Shown here: one piece after another, positions 62,371-64,000 of the stretch
How the letters are laid out: each line of letters opens with the position of its first letter
How positions within the stretch are numbered: the first letter of the stretch is position 1
Source of the DNA: the human T2T-CHM13v2.0 reference genome, Homo sapiens
Assembly (NCBI RefSeq): GCF_009914755.1
Contig: NC_060945.1
Reading direction: 5' to 3' (one strand)
DNA length: 64,000 nucleotides
Program-made: the position numbers and the translations under genes
Notes under the pieces: model-generated
Databases searched by the model: none
What the model was told of the DNA's origin: nothing
The model's input: the letters and a program-made list of their open reading frames with translations, nothing else

Positions 62371-62706
<336 letters not shown>

Positions 62707-62773
62707 TTAGTTCACTACAATTTGTCTAGCCATTCATCAGCTGAAGAACACTGTTTTCTTTCCTATTTGATCA

Positions 62774-63581
62774 TATTAAAATATACCCCAACAGACAGGC
62801 AAGATGAACTCTTCATGGCTAACATGAGGCACAACCAAACAGAATCAAAGGGTCATGGCAGGGTGAGGAGCTGGTCACATATCCCTGTGTTACTCAGTAC
62901 TGTCACGAAATTTTCTTTCCTGTAATTAAGCAGAAACCAGTTCCTAAAGAGCCTTGTCAAAACAACTACAGCTAGAGTGTCCCCTCTGACCTTCACAAGC
63001 TCAGCTGACACCTGGAACCTCCTAATTGAAAGACTTGTAGTTTCTATTGAAAGACTATCCAACCCAGGCTTTGCCCCTTATCCTACTGTTTCCCCTCTGG
63101 TTCTGCAGTCCCATCACAAATTCTGATTAGACAGGGTATTGGTCCTTCAAACATTCTTTCCTGATACACAACCACAAACCTCAAGCCAGTTTCGGCCGCC
63201 TTACACAGGATGTACACAAAATGCTTTGAACTCTGTAGTTCACCTTTTAATGTAGTCAGCTAAACTCCCCCTCATTTTAATACTAAAACTCAACCACAAA
63301 GTGAACATAGAGTGTATGTTACATATCTGTTTACCCATTGTGCATGTGCCTGACTTCCCTCATAAATATACATAGATTTTCCCCAAACCCGCTGAAAACG
63401 TATGACCCAATTATGCAAAACAGACCATGTAAGGCATAAACATCAGCCTCACCCTACCCTCTTTAGAGAACACATTTCACTTACACTGAAGGCTTTGCTT
63501 CCCCAGTTTGCAGATTTTTTTTTAATATAGAAATTAAAGCTACTCCTTTTCCCTCTGCAAATCTCATGACTTTTGTTAACA
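62774..63581 (+). mobile_element. ERV1 5' LTR (MER34/MER39-like group; start approximate)
   Basis: aaagtgaacat...tatgttacatat...cccattgtgcatgtgc...cctcataaatat, attaaa polyA-like signal, ends ttgttaaca, followed by a PBS-like motif. Confidence 0.65.
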
Positions 63582-64000
63582 TTTCTTTGGGGACAACGAT
63601 GGGATCAGAAGTGGCCCCCAAGCTCCTTCCCAGCCACATCTGGAACAACACCTGATGCCTACAAGAGTCCCTTGAACTCAGTTATCTTCTGGCTGCTTTC
63701 TAGGATTTAAGATCTCCCATTTTTAGGTTGAAGCCTTGAAAACTTTTCTTCAGGAAGCCAGTTCATTAGGCTCTATCAGCCCTGTGGGGTCCACTCACAT
63801 TTTGTAGGGTACACTTGCAATTTGTGGGTACACTCGTGCTTCCTGGGGTGTGCTCACATTTCAGGTTTTGCTGTAATGCTCACACTAAGGGTATCAGAAG
63901 GGACACCTTTGTCAGGTCCCTGCAATGAGTAATCCATGTCCCGAGGGGATGGTCTCTGACCAGCTGCCTTCAGGTACCCAGGTAAGCTTTACATTTAAAA
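63582..64000 (+). mobile_element. ERV internal leader with degenerate primer-binding site (63588-63605), running off the window
   Basis: tggggacaacgatgggat just after the LTR end; about 20-bp degenerate repeats at 63783-63862; donor-like caggtaag near 63980. Confidence 0.6.

Overview
This is AT-rich primate (human or great-ape-like) non-coding DNA, intronic or intergenic, dense in interspersed repeats. I could not support any host protein-coding exon, RNA gene or CpG island. The ORFs in the track are decayed LINE-1 ORF1/ORF2 pieces, Alu or LTR read-through, or random frames. It holds about 18 Alus or Alu monomers, a near full-length L1PA7/8-type element (22062-27697, minus), a young L1PA2-type 3' end, older L1M/L2/MIR relics, a two-LTR MST element, many solo MaLR/ERVL/ERV1 LTRs, and Tigger3b, MER1A and MADE1 DNA transposons. 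I found no evidence of a new gene system. The most interesting signals are fossil DNA-repair and template-switch events: (1) an Alu split cleanly by a 1,230-bp piece of older genomic DNA; (2) a 97-bp mitochondrial ND5 NUMT inside a MER4A-type LTR; (3) a 90-bp copy of upstream DNA fused to the 5' end of the long L1; (4) a 47-bp-arm hairpin with nested palindromes; (5) an MLT2A/MST hybrid LTR; (6) an Alu+L1 pair inside one target-site duplication (TSD); (7) an L1 5' micro-inversion of about 15 nt. Repeat subfamily names come from recalled consensus sequences and are approximate, as are the boundaries of old repeats.
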